Shown piece by piece: positions 28,765 to 38,580 of a DNA stretch of 64,000 bases. The position numbers were made by a program, and so were the translations under genes. The stretch is from a virus. Position 1 is the stretch's first letter, and each line of letters begins with the position of its first letter. Location of the stretch: positions 64,001 through 128,000 of the IMG/VR virus record IMGVR_UViG_3300021197_001931. The stretch is one strand, 5' to 3'. A model generated the notes under the pieces. That model ran no database searches, was not told the origin of the DNA, and saw nothing but the letters and a program-made list of their open reading frames with translations.

Positions 28765-30579
28765 ATGTCTGTTTTAAATAAATTAACTGAAGGTATTGTT
28801 AACCGTGATATGAAGAAGGAAGGCGCTGCTCTTCTCTCCAAGTGGGAAAAGACTGGTCTTCTCGAAGGTCTCGATAACGATACTAAGAAAAATGGCATGG
28901 CTCGACTATTAGAGAACCAAGCCAAAGAACTTCTACGTGAGGCCGCTAGCTCCATGGCTGGTGGTGACGTTGAGGGTTTTGCTGCTGTAGCATTCCCCAT
29001 CGTTCGTCGCGTATTCGGTGGGCTCATTGCTAACGACCTCGTGTCCGTGCAACCCATGAGCCTACCCTCTGGTCTAATCTTCTTCCTCGACTTCACTTAT
29101 GGTGGAATCAACGGAGATAGCAGAAGACTAGATAATGCTACTGGAGCTTCATTGTATGGTGGTGGACGAGTTGGCTCTCAGATCACCGGAGGTGTTGATC
29201 TAACGGCGGGTAACGCTGAGTTAGGCTTCTACGCTCTAAACAATGGCTACGCTTCACCCACGGCATCTTTCTCTGTTCCTGCAAATGGAACGGGAGGTGG
29301 CCCTGGTCTTGTACCCCTGGTTTCCGGAACAATCCAAGATAATGGTATTCCGCAAATTGAAGGTATTGGCCAAGACGACAACGCAACTTACAAGGTTGAG
29401 AGAATTCTACAATTTGACGCTGATCTAACAAGCGGTTCAGCGTTCCTAGTTTGCTCACTTCAAAAGAATGAGTTGTCTTCTTCAAATGGTTCAAGCTTTA
29501 ACTTTGATAACTTGGTTGCACTAAGTCTCACAGGAACAGGCGTCACTGACAACCTAGGTACTGGCGACTATGCACGACTCGTTCGTCGTCTAACGACTGA
29601 GGACTTTAATGACTCAAACAACATTCTTCTTACCTTTGAGACCACCGGATCAGCTGTGGCTGGTTCACCTACTCTCTTGTCCGAGTTGGTTACAGCAGGT
29701 GTTTCAGTCTTGAAGGGGCCGATTGTTGACAACTTCACTGCCGCCGATTCAATTGGTGGTGTTCAAGGTGCAACTGATTGGGCTCTAGAGAATGAGACAG
29801 ATATCCCCGAAATCAACATCAAGGTTGATAGCATTGCCGTCACTGCAGTGACCAAGAAGCTCAAGGCGAAGTGGACCCCTGAGCTTGGTCAAGACCTTAA
29901 TGCTTATCACAACCTAGATGCTGAGGTCGAGCTTACGAGCATTCTCTCTGAGCAAATTGCCCTAGAGATTGACCGTGAGATCCTAGAAGACCTAATCAAG
30001 GGTGCCGAGGCTGGTACACTCTACTGGTCACGTTCACCTGGTCTCTTCGTGAATCGCGAGACTGGTCAAGAAGTAGGAGCTTCATCTGCAGCCCCTGACT
30101 TCACCGGTACCGTTTCCGAGTGGTATGAGACTCTTCTAGAGACCATTAACGATGTCTCTGCTAGAATCCACCGCAAGACTCTAAGAGGCGGAGCTAACTT
30201 CATCGTGTGTTCACCTGAAGTTGCTTCTATCCTTGAGTTCACGGCTGGATTCAGAGCTGCTGTCACCGTTGATGGAGACAGAGGAACAGCTGGCGCGGTT
30301 AGAACCGGTCAACTTTCTAAGAAGTTGGATGTCTATGTTGATCCCTACTTCCCCCGTAACGTGGTCCTCGTTGGCCGCAGAGGCGGAAGCTTCCTAGAGA
30401 GTGGATATGTTTACGCTCCTTACGTCCCGCTACAAGTCACTCCCACCATCTTCGGTGTTGAGGACTTCGTACCCCGTAAGGGCGTGATGACACGCTACGC
30501 TAAGAAGATGGTCCGTCCTGATATGTACGGTCTAGTCATCTGCCGTGGCCTAATTGGTGAGGCTGGCGCAGTCAGCTAA
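28765..30579 (+). CDS. major capsid protein (T4 gp23-like)
   Basis: VQPMSLPSGLIF, KLKAKWTPELGQDL, EIDREI, YAPYVPL, GVMTRY; SD AAGGAGGT. Confidence 0.97.
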   Translation: MSVLNKLTEGIVNRDMKKEGAALLSKWEKTGLLEGLDNDTKKNGMARLLENQAKELLREAASSMAGGDVEGFAAVAFPIVRRVFGGLIANDLVSVQPMSLPSGLIFFLDFTYGGINGDSRRLDNATGASLYGGGRVGSQITGGVDLTAGNAELGFYALNNGYASPTASFSVPANGTGGGPGLVPLVSGTIQDNGIPQIEGIGQDDNATYKVERILQFDADLTSGSAFLVCSLQKNELSSSNGSSFNFDNLVALSLTGTGVTDNLGTGDYARLVRRLTTEDFNDSNNILLTFETTGSAVAGSPTLLSELVTAGVSVLKGPIVDNFTAADSIGGVQGATDWALENETDIPEINIKVDSIAVTAVTKKLKAKWTPELGQDLNAYHNLDAEVELTSILSEQIALEIDREILEDLIKGAEAGTLYWSRSPGLFVNRETGQEVGASSAAPDFTGTVSEWYETLLETINDVSARIHRKTLRGGANFIVCSPEVASILEFTAGFRAAVTVDGDRGTAGAVRTGQLSKKLDVYVDPYFPRNVVLVGRRGGSFLESGYVYAPYVPLQVTPTIFGVEDFVPRKGVMTRYAKKMVRPDMYGLVICRGLIGEAGAVS

Positions 30580-30603
30580 TCACTGATTAGTTAAAAAACA
30601 GTC

Positions 30604-30644
30604 AAACCCTCAGTTCTTTTCGGAGAGCTGAGGGTTTTGTCTTT
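30604..30644 (+). terminator. rho-independent terminator with UUCG loop
   Basis: AAACCCTCAGTTCTT-TTCG-GAGAGCTGAGGGTTT followed by T-rich tail. Confidence 0.88.
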
Positions 30645-30650
30645 CTATGG

Positions 30651-30760
30651 GCTATTTACAATTACCTGGTTATTGGGCGGGCTTTGACCCGTCTCCGCTT
30701 TGTTAAACAAAGCGCGAACATGATTATAAATGGCGAAAAGCCAAGGGAGGGTTTCTAACT
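30651..30760 (+). promoter_or_regulatory. late promoter motif plus structured 5' leader
   Basis: GCTATTTA at 30651; hairpins at 30675-30694, 30696-30714 and 30731-30743 before SD GGAGG. Confidence 0.5.
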
Positions 30761-31414
30761 ATGGGAAGTAAAAGATTGGGTCTTGCGAGAACGCAAGCAC
30801 TATTAGAGAATTTGAAGAGAAGCTTGGCGCTGGGCGCCACCGAGGTCACCTGCAAAAAAGTGACGTGCAGCAATGGTGTTGTTGTTGATGCTGACGGCGT
30901 TAACATCGGCGCCGGCGGGCTGCAAGTTGATGCTGGTGGAATTATTGATAAAAATGTAACTAAGCAGTCCGGTACTGGCGCAGAGGACTTGACTTCAACG
31001 GCTGCCAACCTTATCTGGTGGTCTAGCGCAGCACAGGCTGGCGATATTACATTGCCCCAAGCGACAGCTAGCAACGTAGGCATGATCATCAGAGTTTTCG
31101 CTTGCGCTGACTGGAGTGGGACCGAATTTAAGCTTGGATTTGCAAATGGAGGCTCAACAGTTATGACGGGCAATTTGCAACTTGGAGCCATTGATGCCGC
31201 CGCCGGCGACGAGAACATTTCATTTAAAGTAACAACCAATACAAAATCAATTCGTATTGACAGTGACGCTGTAGACAGAGCTGGTGGAGCAATTGGCTCA
31301 ATGTACACCTTCTACTATCTTGAGGCAAACTTGGTCTTTGTTGAGGCTAAGGGACTAATCACTACTGGCACCCCGGCACCGAGCGCGAACGCTTCTACCA
31401 CTGGCGGAGTCTAA
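30761..31414 (+). CDS. putative head decoration/virion protein
   Basis: Follows the capsid gene in its own transcription unit; ITLP...GM beta domain. Confidence 0.5.
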   Translation: MGSKRLGLARTQALLENLKRSLALGATEVTCKKVTCSNGVVVDADGVNIGAGGLQVDAGGIIDKNVTKQSGTGAEDLTSTAANLIWWSSAAQAGDITLPQATASNVGMIIRVFACADWSGTEFKLGFANGGSTVMTGNLQLGAIDAAAGDENISFKVTTNTKSIRIDSDAVDRAGGAIGSMYTFYYLEANLVFVEAKGLITTGTPAPSANASTTGGV

Positions 31415-31442
31415 TAACAATATTTTTTATATTGTGAATACT

Positions 31443-31476
31443 AAAAGCCCCCTCAACAGAGGGGGCTTTTTCTTTT
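31443..31476 (+). terminator. rho-independent terminator
   Basis: AAAAGCCCCCTC-AACA-GAGGGGGCTTTT followed by T-rich tail. Confidence 0.9.
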
Positions 31477-31517
31477 ATTAACAACTATTTATTATATCAC
31501 AATCTGAAAGGGAAAAG

Positions 31518-31748
31518 ATGGAAATCATAACATGTGACCATACTATGGAGCTTACTAGCGATCAAGTTTGGAATATTCTTAAAGTGGAATTAATTGATGG
31601 ATTAGATAGCGGAGAGCTGTCAGAGGATGAGTTTGCGGACCAGATGAAGACGCTCCGCAATGTTGTCAACACTAATGAATTCAAATTGGTTATCGCTTCA
31701 AAGAATCAGGTGGCCACGGCTGGCGATGCTTCTGTTAGAAAGCTTTGA
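31518..31748 (+). CDS. hypothetical protein
   Basis: 76-aa ORF after ACTATTTA at 31484. Confidence 0.6.
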   Translation: MEIITCDHTMELTSDQVWNILKVELIDGLDSGELSEDEFADQMKTLRNVVNTNEFKLVIASKNQVATAGDASVRKL

Positions 31749-31771
31749 TAAATACACACTACGGAGGATTC

Positions 31772-32164
31772 ATGGGAAAGAAAAGAAGATATAGAAAATA
31801 TCCACATAAGTTTGGAAAAAAGTACGGTTTAAAATATGGCCTCAACAAAGACGCCAAAGAGCATGATGAGACAGTTGCTAAGACAATCTTGAGAACAGAA
31901 TCAACTGTATTGGCCTCTCCGGAGCCCGTCATTGAACCTGTCATTGAACCTGTCATTGAACCTGTTGTATTAGCTACACCAGAACCTATTAATGAGGTTT
32001 CAGTTACTGAGGTTGTGAAAGAGGACCCGGTGATAAAGGCTGTCAAGAAGACAACTACTCGCCGAAAAACAACAAGAAATCTAAAAAAAACCTCTGAGGT
32101 GTCTACAGCTACACCTAAGAAAACTAGAAGAAAAAGAACAACTAGACCAAAAACAGCAAGCTAG
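31772..32164 (+). CDS. basic low-complexity protein
   Basis: ATG after GGAGG; K/R/T-rich termini; EPVI repeats. Confidence 0.6.
   Translation: MGKKRRYRKYPHKFGKKYGLKYGLNKDAKEHDETVAKTILRTESTVLASPEPVIEPVIEPVIEPVVLATPEPINEVSVTEVVKEDPVIKAVKKTTTRRKTTRNLKKTSEVSTATPKKTRRKRTTRPKTAS
31922..31965 (+). repeat. 12-bp tandem repeat (GAACCTGTCATT, about 3.7 copies)
   Basis: Encodes EPVIEPVIEPVIEPV. Confidence 0.9.
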
Positions 32165-32213
32165 AAGATCTTTATAGTTATTGTAACTAATTATGTAGAG
32201 GAGAATTCTAAGC

Positions 32214-33485
32214 ATGTCTGTCCCTACATTATCGCCCAAACAGAGCACAAGCCCAATCGTATTGCCGGCGACGGGGAGCGAGGCAAAGGTCTCCGCTGCA
32301 GTACCCCTTGGTATGTACACTGGCTCGGCGGAGTTTTTGTCGGGAGCCGCTTCTCAAGTCAAGTATACATATAGAAAGCTAGGCGGGGATGTTCTAGATA
32401 TTGAACTAACGCCAGAAAATGTGTATGCAAACTTTGAGGAGGCTGTTTTAGAATACTCTTATTTAATTAATACCCATCAAGGTAAAAATATTTTATCAAC
32501 AATTCTTGGTGCTACGACTGGGACTTTTGACCACAGAGGGGAGCTTAGACCCGGTGATAGTTTGTCTTCTAGTTTGGGTGGCAAAGGAGTAGAACTAAGA
32601 TACCCTCAGATTCGTTTTGAATACGCAAGAAGAGTTGGCAATGCTGTGGCTTTTGATGCTGGCTTGGGTGGAGTTGTGAGGGAATATTCAGCATCGATTG
32701 AGATAAAACAAGAAGTCCAGGACTATGATCTACAATCTATTGTTGCGACAGCTGCAGCGGCGGGAGGTGTTGACTTTGCCTCAATTGACACAAGCAAGAG
32801 GATTATAGTTAATAGGGTTTTCTATAAGACTCCGCGCTCCATGTGGAGATTCTATGGTTACTACGGCGGCTTAAATGTGGTTGGCAACCTTGCAACATAT
32901 GGGCAATATGCTGATGATTCCACTTTTGAGCTTATTCCTGTTTGGCAAAACAAGCTCCAGGCAATGAACTTTGAGGATATGATCTATACTAGAACTTCTC
33001 ATTTTTCTTACGAATTAAGAGATAACAGATTACGAATCTTTCCACAACCGCTCACTAGTGAGATTGGGCAGATGTGGTTTACTTTTCAAGTTCTAGATGA
33101 TGCTTGGAATGTAGACACTACTAGAAAAGATGGAGTTGATGGTGTAAATAATCTCAATACTATACCATTTTCAAATATTCCATATGAAAACATTAACTCT
33201 GTTGGCAAGCAATGGATTCGCAGATTTGCACTTGCTTTATCAAAAGAAACCCTTGGCCAGATTAGAGGAAAATTTGGAACTATACCGATTCCAGGAGAGA
33301 GTTTAACCCTGAATGCCTCTGATTTATTGTCTCAAGCTCAAACAGAGCAAACATCATTAAGAGATGAATTAAAATCCGTTCTAGATGAAATGGTGTATAC
33401 GGCACTTGCTGAGAAGGACGCTGCCATGGCAAACAACATGACCACCATAAAGCAGCAAGCTCCACTGCCAATTTTCCAAGGATAG
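32214..33485 (+). CDS. neck protein (gp13-like)
   Basis: RKLGG..LDIEL, WIRRFALALSKETLGQIRGKF..IP; position after the head genes. Confidence 0.8.
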   Translation: MSVPTLSPKQSTSPIVLPATGSEAKVSAAVPLGMYTGSAEFLSGAASQVKYTYRKLGGDVLDIELTPENVYANFEEAVLEYSYLINTHQGKNILSTILGATTGTFDHRGELRPGDSLSSSLGGKGVELRYPQIRFEYARRVGNAVAFDAGLGGVVREYSASIEIKQEVQDYDLQSIVATAAAAGGVDFASIDTSKRIIVNRVFYKTPRSMWRFYGYYGGLNVVGNLATYGQYADDSTFELIPVWQNKLQAMNFEDMIYTRTSHFSYELRDNRLRIFPQPLTSEIGQMWFTFQVLDDAWNVDTTRKDGVDGVNNLNTIPFSNIPYENINSVGKQWIRRFALALSKETLGQIRGKFGTIPIPGESLTLNASDLLSQAQTEQTSLRDELKSVLDEMVYTALAEKDAAMANNMTTIKQQAPLPIFQG

Positions 33486-33494
33486 GGGGCAAAG

Positions 33495-33986
33495 ATGTCA
33501 AGTAATAAATGGAAACAACCGGATAATCCACCTCCTCCATTGTTTATTGGTAAAAAAGAAAGAGATTTAATAAAGCAAGTTAATGATGAGCTTATTGAGA
33601 GAGTTGTTGGTCAGGCGGTACTATATTATCCGATAGACGTGGAAACAACTAATTTTCATCCAATCTATGGAGAAGCGATTGAAAAAAACTTTCTTCCTCC
33701 AATTAGAGTTTATGCACTCGTTGAATGGAATGCGTATGGCACAGAATACTCAGACAATATAGGTGTCGATCAAAGGGTTGAAATAACTGTTCACTTTCAC
33801 GAAAGAAGGTTGCAAGAGGATCAAAACATATACGTGAGAACTGGTGATTTTGTCCTCTATGGCGGAGTTTATTACGAATTAGTTGATTGGGCTGAACCTA
33901 GAAAAATATATGGCCAAGTGGAACATAGCATTGAAATATCAGCAAAATGTGTAAGGGCTCGTCCTGGAGTGTTTAATGGCAGCTAA
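33495..33986 (+). CDS. head-closure/neck protein (gp14-like)
   Basis: GQAVLYYP, IYGEA, GDFV; synteny. Confidence 0.7.
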   Translation: MSSNKWKQPDNPPPPLFIGKKERDLIKQVNDELIERVVGQAVLYYPIDVETTNFHPIYGEAIEKNFLPPIRVYALVEWNAYGTEYSDNIGVDQRVEITVHFHERRLQEDQNIYVRTGDFVLYGGVYYELVDWAEPRKIYGQVEHSIEISAKCVRARPGVFNGS

Positions 33987-34830
33987 AATTAAAAAAATTA
34001 TGCCCTCCACTCTGGAGACCATTGATAAAGCATTTTATGATTGGGTTGATGACAATTTAAATGTTTTCTCAACCACAAATGAAGGTTGGAAGAAGGTCCC
34101 TCTTATCTGGGTGTCGGCAGAGAGATCCTTTCAGGTGAAAACCGATAAGGACCTAAGAGACGATTATGGCGTGTTAAAGCTTCCACTTATAACAATTGAG
34201 AGAAAATCTATTGTAAAGGACCCAAATAGAAAAGGAATCTATCAAGCAAATATACCACCCAAAAATGATCCCAAAGGTGGAGCGGTTGTGTTATCCACCA
34301 GGATTAATCAAACCAAGACGGGCGATTTTGCAAACGCAGATTCTTACAAAACAAAAGCTAGCTTTTCTTCCCAGGGAGATGGTTTTGGCCAACAGAATTT
34401 TAAATTTCAAAATAAAAAAATAGTATATGAAACTTTAACTATACCAGTGCCAACGTATGTAAATGTAACCTACTCTGTTATGCTTAAGGGTGAATACTTT
34501 CAACAAATAAATGAAATGCTAACACCTTTTCTCGTAAAGACAGGCCAGATAAACAATTTCTTTATCACATCTGATGGGCACAAATTTGAAGGCTTTTTGC
34601 CTCAAGACTTTTCACAAAACAATAATGTCTCCAATCTTGGAGGTGATGAGAGAGTATTTGAGACAAAAATGGATATTAGGGTGCTTGGATATCTGTTGGG
34701 CGCAGACAATAATGATGATCGCCCCAAGATAGCCGTTAGGGAAAATTTTGTAGAAGTCAAATTTCCTAGAGAACGTGTTATCTTGGGAGATATACCAACT
34801 ACTGTTTCTGGTGCCTTTTATCGAGAGTAA
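33976..34830 (+). CDS. tail terminator/sheath stabiliser (gp15-like)
   Basis: KVPLIW...ER, LPLITIER, PTYVNVTY; directly before the sheath gene. Confidence 0.7.
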   Translation: MAAKIKKIMPSTLETIDKAFYDWVDDNLNVFSTTNEGWKKVPLIWVSAERSFQVKTDKDLRDDYGVLKLPLITIERKSIVKDPNRKGIYQANIPPKNDPKGGAVVLSTRINQTKTGDFANADSYKTKASFSSQGDGFGQQNFKFQNKKIVYETLTIPVPTYVNVTYSVMLKGEYFQQINEMLTPFLVKTGQINNFFITSDGHKFEGFLPQDFSQNNNVSNLGGDERVFETKMDIRVLGYLLGADNNDDRPKIAVRENFVEVKFPRERVILGDIPTTVSGAFYRE

Positions 34831-34924
34831 TTTTGGACTTTGCGCTCAAGAGTTACTATTTACTACGAGAACCACAAGTAATAATTACTAAGGTATACAA
34901 ATTTGAGCAAGGAGAAATTAAATA

Positions 34925-37864
34925 ATGGCAAGTGGAGCTAGAAGATTTAAGTTCATTTCCCCTGGTGTTTATTTAAACGAGATTGATCGTTCACAATTGC
35001 CAGCAGAATCGACAGCCATAGGCCCAGTCATCATTGGACGAACAAAGAGAGGCCCAGCAATGGTGCCCACAAAGGTCGCGTCTTTTGAAGAATTTGTGAG
35101 AGTCTTTGGTGAACCAGTACCTGGTGCTGGCGGTGGAGACAACTGGAGAGAGGGCACTTTTGACGGCCCCACTTACGGCGCTTACGCTGCTCAAGCTTGG
35201 TTGAATTCAGGAGAAGCCCCTGTGACCATGATGCGCTTGCTTGGTACTCATCACGACGATCGCGTTACAGCTGGGTCCGCTGGTTGGGATGTTACAGGAC
35301 AGCCAACGATGGAAAAAGGAAAGAATGGCGGAGCTTATGGGCTGTTCCTAGTCGACTCTGGGTCTCAGGCAACACATAACACTGGTACCTTGGCTGCTGT
35401 TTGGTATATGGAACAAGGGACCTCAATGAGATTGAGTGGAAACTTTGTTGGCTTCAACAGACCAGTAGATGGCTCAGATGGCGGAGAGCTAGTTACTCAT
35501 GGCGCCGGTACAGCTCTCATGTTCAAGAGCAGCGGCGAAAAGGCAGAATTTGTTATGGAGGTTTTTAAAGATGGAACTCCCATTAGCAATGGCACCTTGT
35601 CAGAGAAAGTTTGCTTCAACTTTGATAGAGATAGTGAAAAGTTTATTCGTAAAGTGTTCAACACGAACCCTTCCCAGACAAACTCTGATGTTGTAACCAC
35701 TAGTAACAACCCAAACTATTTTACTTACTGGTTGGGTGAAACATTTGAAGGGTTTGTTTCAACACAAGTCACGGGATCAACTAGCACCGCCACAGAGGCA
35801 GGAAATGTTCATGGTGTGCTTCTAGGATTAGAGGGGACAGCCGACGCCACACTAGAGTATGCAGATCACCAAATTACATTCCAAAACGCCGAAACTCCTT
35901 ATTTTAGATCGCAAGATTTGGGAATCTTCTCTAACTTTGAATTAACAAATAATGTACAATTATTTAAACTCGTTGCTTTAGAATATGGCGAATGGGCAAA
36001 TAGAAATATTAAAGTTTCAATTGAGAATCTAAAGGCAGCCGATTATCCAGATGTTGATCCCTACGGAACATTCTCAGTTGTTCTTCGATCGGTTCGTGAT
36101 CGTGATGAGAAAGTTAACGTGCTGGAGAGATTTGATAACGTAAACCTTAATCCCAATTCTGCTGACTATATCGCTAGAAGAATTGGAGATTCATATTTCA
36201 CATGGAGCGACACAGACAGAAGGTTAAGGCAATTTGGAGCATATCCGAATAATTCTGATTATGTTCGTGTCGTTGTTCCTGAGAGTGTCGACGAAGGGGC
36301 CATAAATCCAGAGCTTCTTCCGTTTGGTTATACTGGGCCGCCTAGATTTAAAGGATTCTCCATTGGAAGTGGAAGTTCAATTCCGTTTGTTTTGGGAGAA
36401 CACGGCGGCACCAGCCAAGCTCCAGTAAAGGGTGCAGCCACGATTGCTTTTAGTGGTTCTCAGAATGCTGAGCAGTTTGTCGGCGCTATCGCAGATAACG
36501 GTGGACAGCTGAGCGCTAGCTTCTTATTCCCCTCTATGAGACTCAGGAATAGTGCAAGCGATGGCTATCTAACAGACGAGACTGACGCCTACTTCGGTCT
36601 TCAAACTACAAGAAACGCATCTAGCACGCTGTTTGACTTTAGCTATTATGATCTGACTAGAGCACTTCCAAAGGGCATTGATTCATTTACTGCCGGAACA
36701 GCCACTGATCACTCCTTCGGGTTTAGTATGGACGACGTAGTTTCTGGAACCTCTGGTTATCACTACGATTCAGGCTCAAGAAAGCGTGGCGAATCTTATA
36801 CATCTCTAACTGGAAGGGGATATAAAGACCTATTATCTGCTGGATATGATAGATTTACATCTCCAATGTTTGGTGGGTTTGATGGACTCGATGTGACGGA
36901 GAAAGAGCCTTTCAGAAACACTGGCCTATCAGGCAAAACAAGACTGAACAGCTACGCATATAACACCATTGAAAGAGCAATAGATTCTGTTGCTAGTCCC
37001 GAGTTTGTTGAGGCTAACATAATGGCCATTCCTGGAATTTACAATTCTACCTTAACAGACCGTCTCATCAATACGTGTGAGGATAGAGGAGACGCTCTTG
37101 CAATTATCGACCTTGAGAATGATTGGGTTCCCTTTACGGAAGGTACAGCCGCCGTATCAGCAAGGCTTCCCAATGTATCTAGCGCCATTACGAGCCTAAA
37201 GAGTAGAAGTTTAAACTCTAGCTATGGTTGCGCATTCTTCCCATGGCTCCAAGTCAAAGACACGGCGACAGGTCGCTTGATCAATTCCCCTCCCTCAGTC
37301 GCAGCCTTGGGAACCTTTGGAAGCTCTCAAGCGAGATCAGAGATTTGGTTTGCCCCAGCAGGGTTTACAAGAGGTGGACTTACTGATGGTGCTGCTGGTG
37401 TGCCGGTTACAAACGTAAAGCTCAGACTGACTTCAAAAGACAGGGATGATCTTTATGCGGTAAATATTAATCCGATTGCCACATTCCCGAATGAAGGTAT
37501 TGTAATTTTCGGACAAAAGACACTGCAAGCTTCTAGGTCTGCGTTAGATAGAATCAACGTGCGTCGTTTGATGATCTTTGTTAAGAAAGAGATTTCAAAG
37601 ATTGCAAATGGTATTCTGTTTGAGCCTAATGTCCAGGCAACATGGGATCGTTTTACTGCTGCAGTAAACCCCTTCCTGGGCGACGTTAAGGCAAGATTTG
37701 GCCTCACAGACTTTAGGGTTGTTCTTGACACCACTACAACTACAGATGATCTAATCGATAGAAATATTCTATACGCGAAGATTTATCTCAAGCCAGCTCG
37801 TGCCATTGAGTTTATCGCGCTAGACTTTATTATCACAAGAACTGGTGCTTCATTTGATGACTAG
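34925..37864 (+). CDS. tail sheath protein (gp18-like)
   Basis: SPGVYLNEIDRS, WFAPAGFTRG, FGQKTL, RINVRRL, FEPN; ACTATTTA at 34855. Confidence 0.96.
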   Translation: MASGARRFKFISPGVYLNEIDRSQLPAESTAIGPVIIGRTKRGPAMVPTKVASFEEFVRVFGEPVPGAGGGDNWREGTFDGPTYGAYAAQAWLNSGEAPVTMMRLLGTHHDDRVTAGSAGWDVTGQPTMEKGKNGGAYGLFLVDSGSQATHNTGTLAAVWYMEQGTSMRLSGNFVGFNRPVDGSDGGELVTHGAGTALMFKSSGEKAEFVMEVFKDGTPISNGTLSEKVCFNFDRDSEKFIRKVFNTNPSQTNSDVVTTSNNPNYFTYWLGETFEGFVSTQVTGSTSTATEAGNVHGVLLGLEGTADATLEYADHQITFQNAETPYFRSQDLGIFSNFELTNNVQLFKLVALEYGEWANRNIKVSIENLKAADYPDVDPYGTFSVVLRSVRDRDEKVNVLERFDNVNLNPNSADYIARRIGDSYFTWSDTDRRLRQFGAYPNNSDYVRVVVPESVDEGAINPELLPFGYTGPPRFKGFSIGSGSSIPFVLGEHGGTSQAPVKGAATIAFSGSQNAEQFVGAIADNGGQLSASFLFPSMRLRNSASDGYLTDETDAYFGLQTTRNASSTLFDFSYYDLTRALPKGIDSFTAGTATDHSFGFSMDDVVSGTSGYHYDSGSRKRGESYTSLTGRGYKDLLSAGYDRFTSPMFGGFDGLDVTEKEPFRNTGLSGKTRLNSYAYNTIERAIDSVASPEFVEANIMAIPGIYNSTLTDRLINTCEDRGDALAIIDLENDWVPFTEGTAAVSARLPNVSSAITSLKSRSLNSSYGCAFFPWLQVKDTATGRLINSPPSVAALGTFGSSQARSEIWFAPAGFTRGGLTDGAAGVPVTNVKLRLTSKDRDDLYAVNINPIATFPNEGIVIFGQKTLQASRSALDRINVRRLMIFVKKEISKIANGILFEPNVQATWDRFTAAVNPFLGDVKARFGLTDFRVVLDTTTTTDDLIDRNILYAKIYLKPARAIEFIALDFIITRTGASFDD

Positions 37865-37912
37865 AGAAAAACAATAGTTAATACTATTTAAACTGTAAGG
37901 AGAAAACAAGAG

Positions 37913-38509
37913 ATGCCATTCTGGAGTTCTGGACAAGTTGAGCCAAAAAGACAATTTAGATTTTTAGTGAGTATTCCGAATATGGCCGATGCAGCGCAAT
38001 TCTATGCTCGCAGCGTCACTAAGCCTGGGTTTACTGTTACGCAAGCAAACCATAAATTTCTAAACCACACTTTCTACTATCCCGGTAAGGTTGAGTGGAA
38101 CACAGTTACTGTTTCTTTGGTTGACCCAGTTAGCCCAGATGCAACAGGTGACATTCTCTCTATTCTTAGAAGAAGTGGCTACAATGTGCCCTCTAACTTA
38201 GATGCGACATCTGGTAATGAATCAATGTCTACGATTGGCAAGGGCAATGCAAACGCAGCTCTTGGCGAGGTCGTAATTCGTGCCTTAGATGAAGATGGCA
38301 ATTTCCTAGAGGAGTGGACTCTAAATAACCCATTTATTGTTGGGGTTAGTTTCAACAACTATGATTATAGCGCGGAAGAGCTTTCTACAGTTGATTTGGA
38401 AATTCGTTATGATTGGGCTTCTTACGTAATCCCAGACGGTCGTCCTCAATCTCCTGGAGCGAGTTCTCTTAGAAGAATCTTCACGCCAGATAATCCTTCA
38501 CCTATTTAA
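37913..38509 (+). CDS. tail tube protein (gp19-like)
   Basis: EPKRQFRF, YYPGKVEW, EEWTL, IRYDWA; ACTATTTA at 37883. Confidence 0.88.
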   Translation: MPFWSSGQVEPKRQFRFLVSIPNMADAAQFYARSVTKPGFTVTQANHKFLNHTFYYPGKVEWNTVTVSLVDPVSPDATGDILSILRRSGYNVPSNLDATSGNESMSTIGKGNANAALGEVVIRALDEDGNFLEEWTLNNPFIVGVSFNNYDYSAEELSTVDLEIRYDWASYVIPDGRPQSPGASSLRRIFTPDNPSPI

Positions 38510-38580
38510 TATTGCGTATATTAGTATTTAAAAACCAAATTTTATTGATATATAATGCCATGTAAAGTACGAGGTATAAA

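Noticed and set aside
30660-30750. tRNA in the post-capsid intergenic region
   Set aside because: No T-loop GTTCRA, acceptor stem or cloverleaf spacing.
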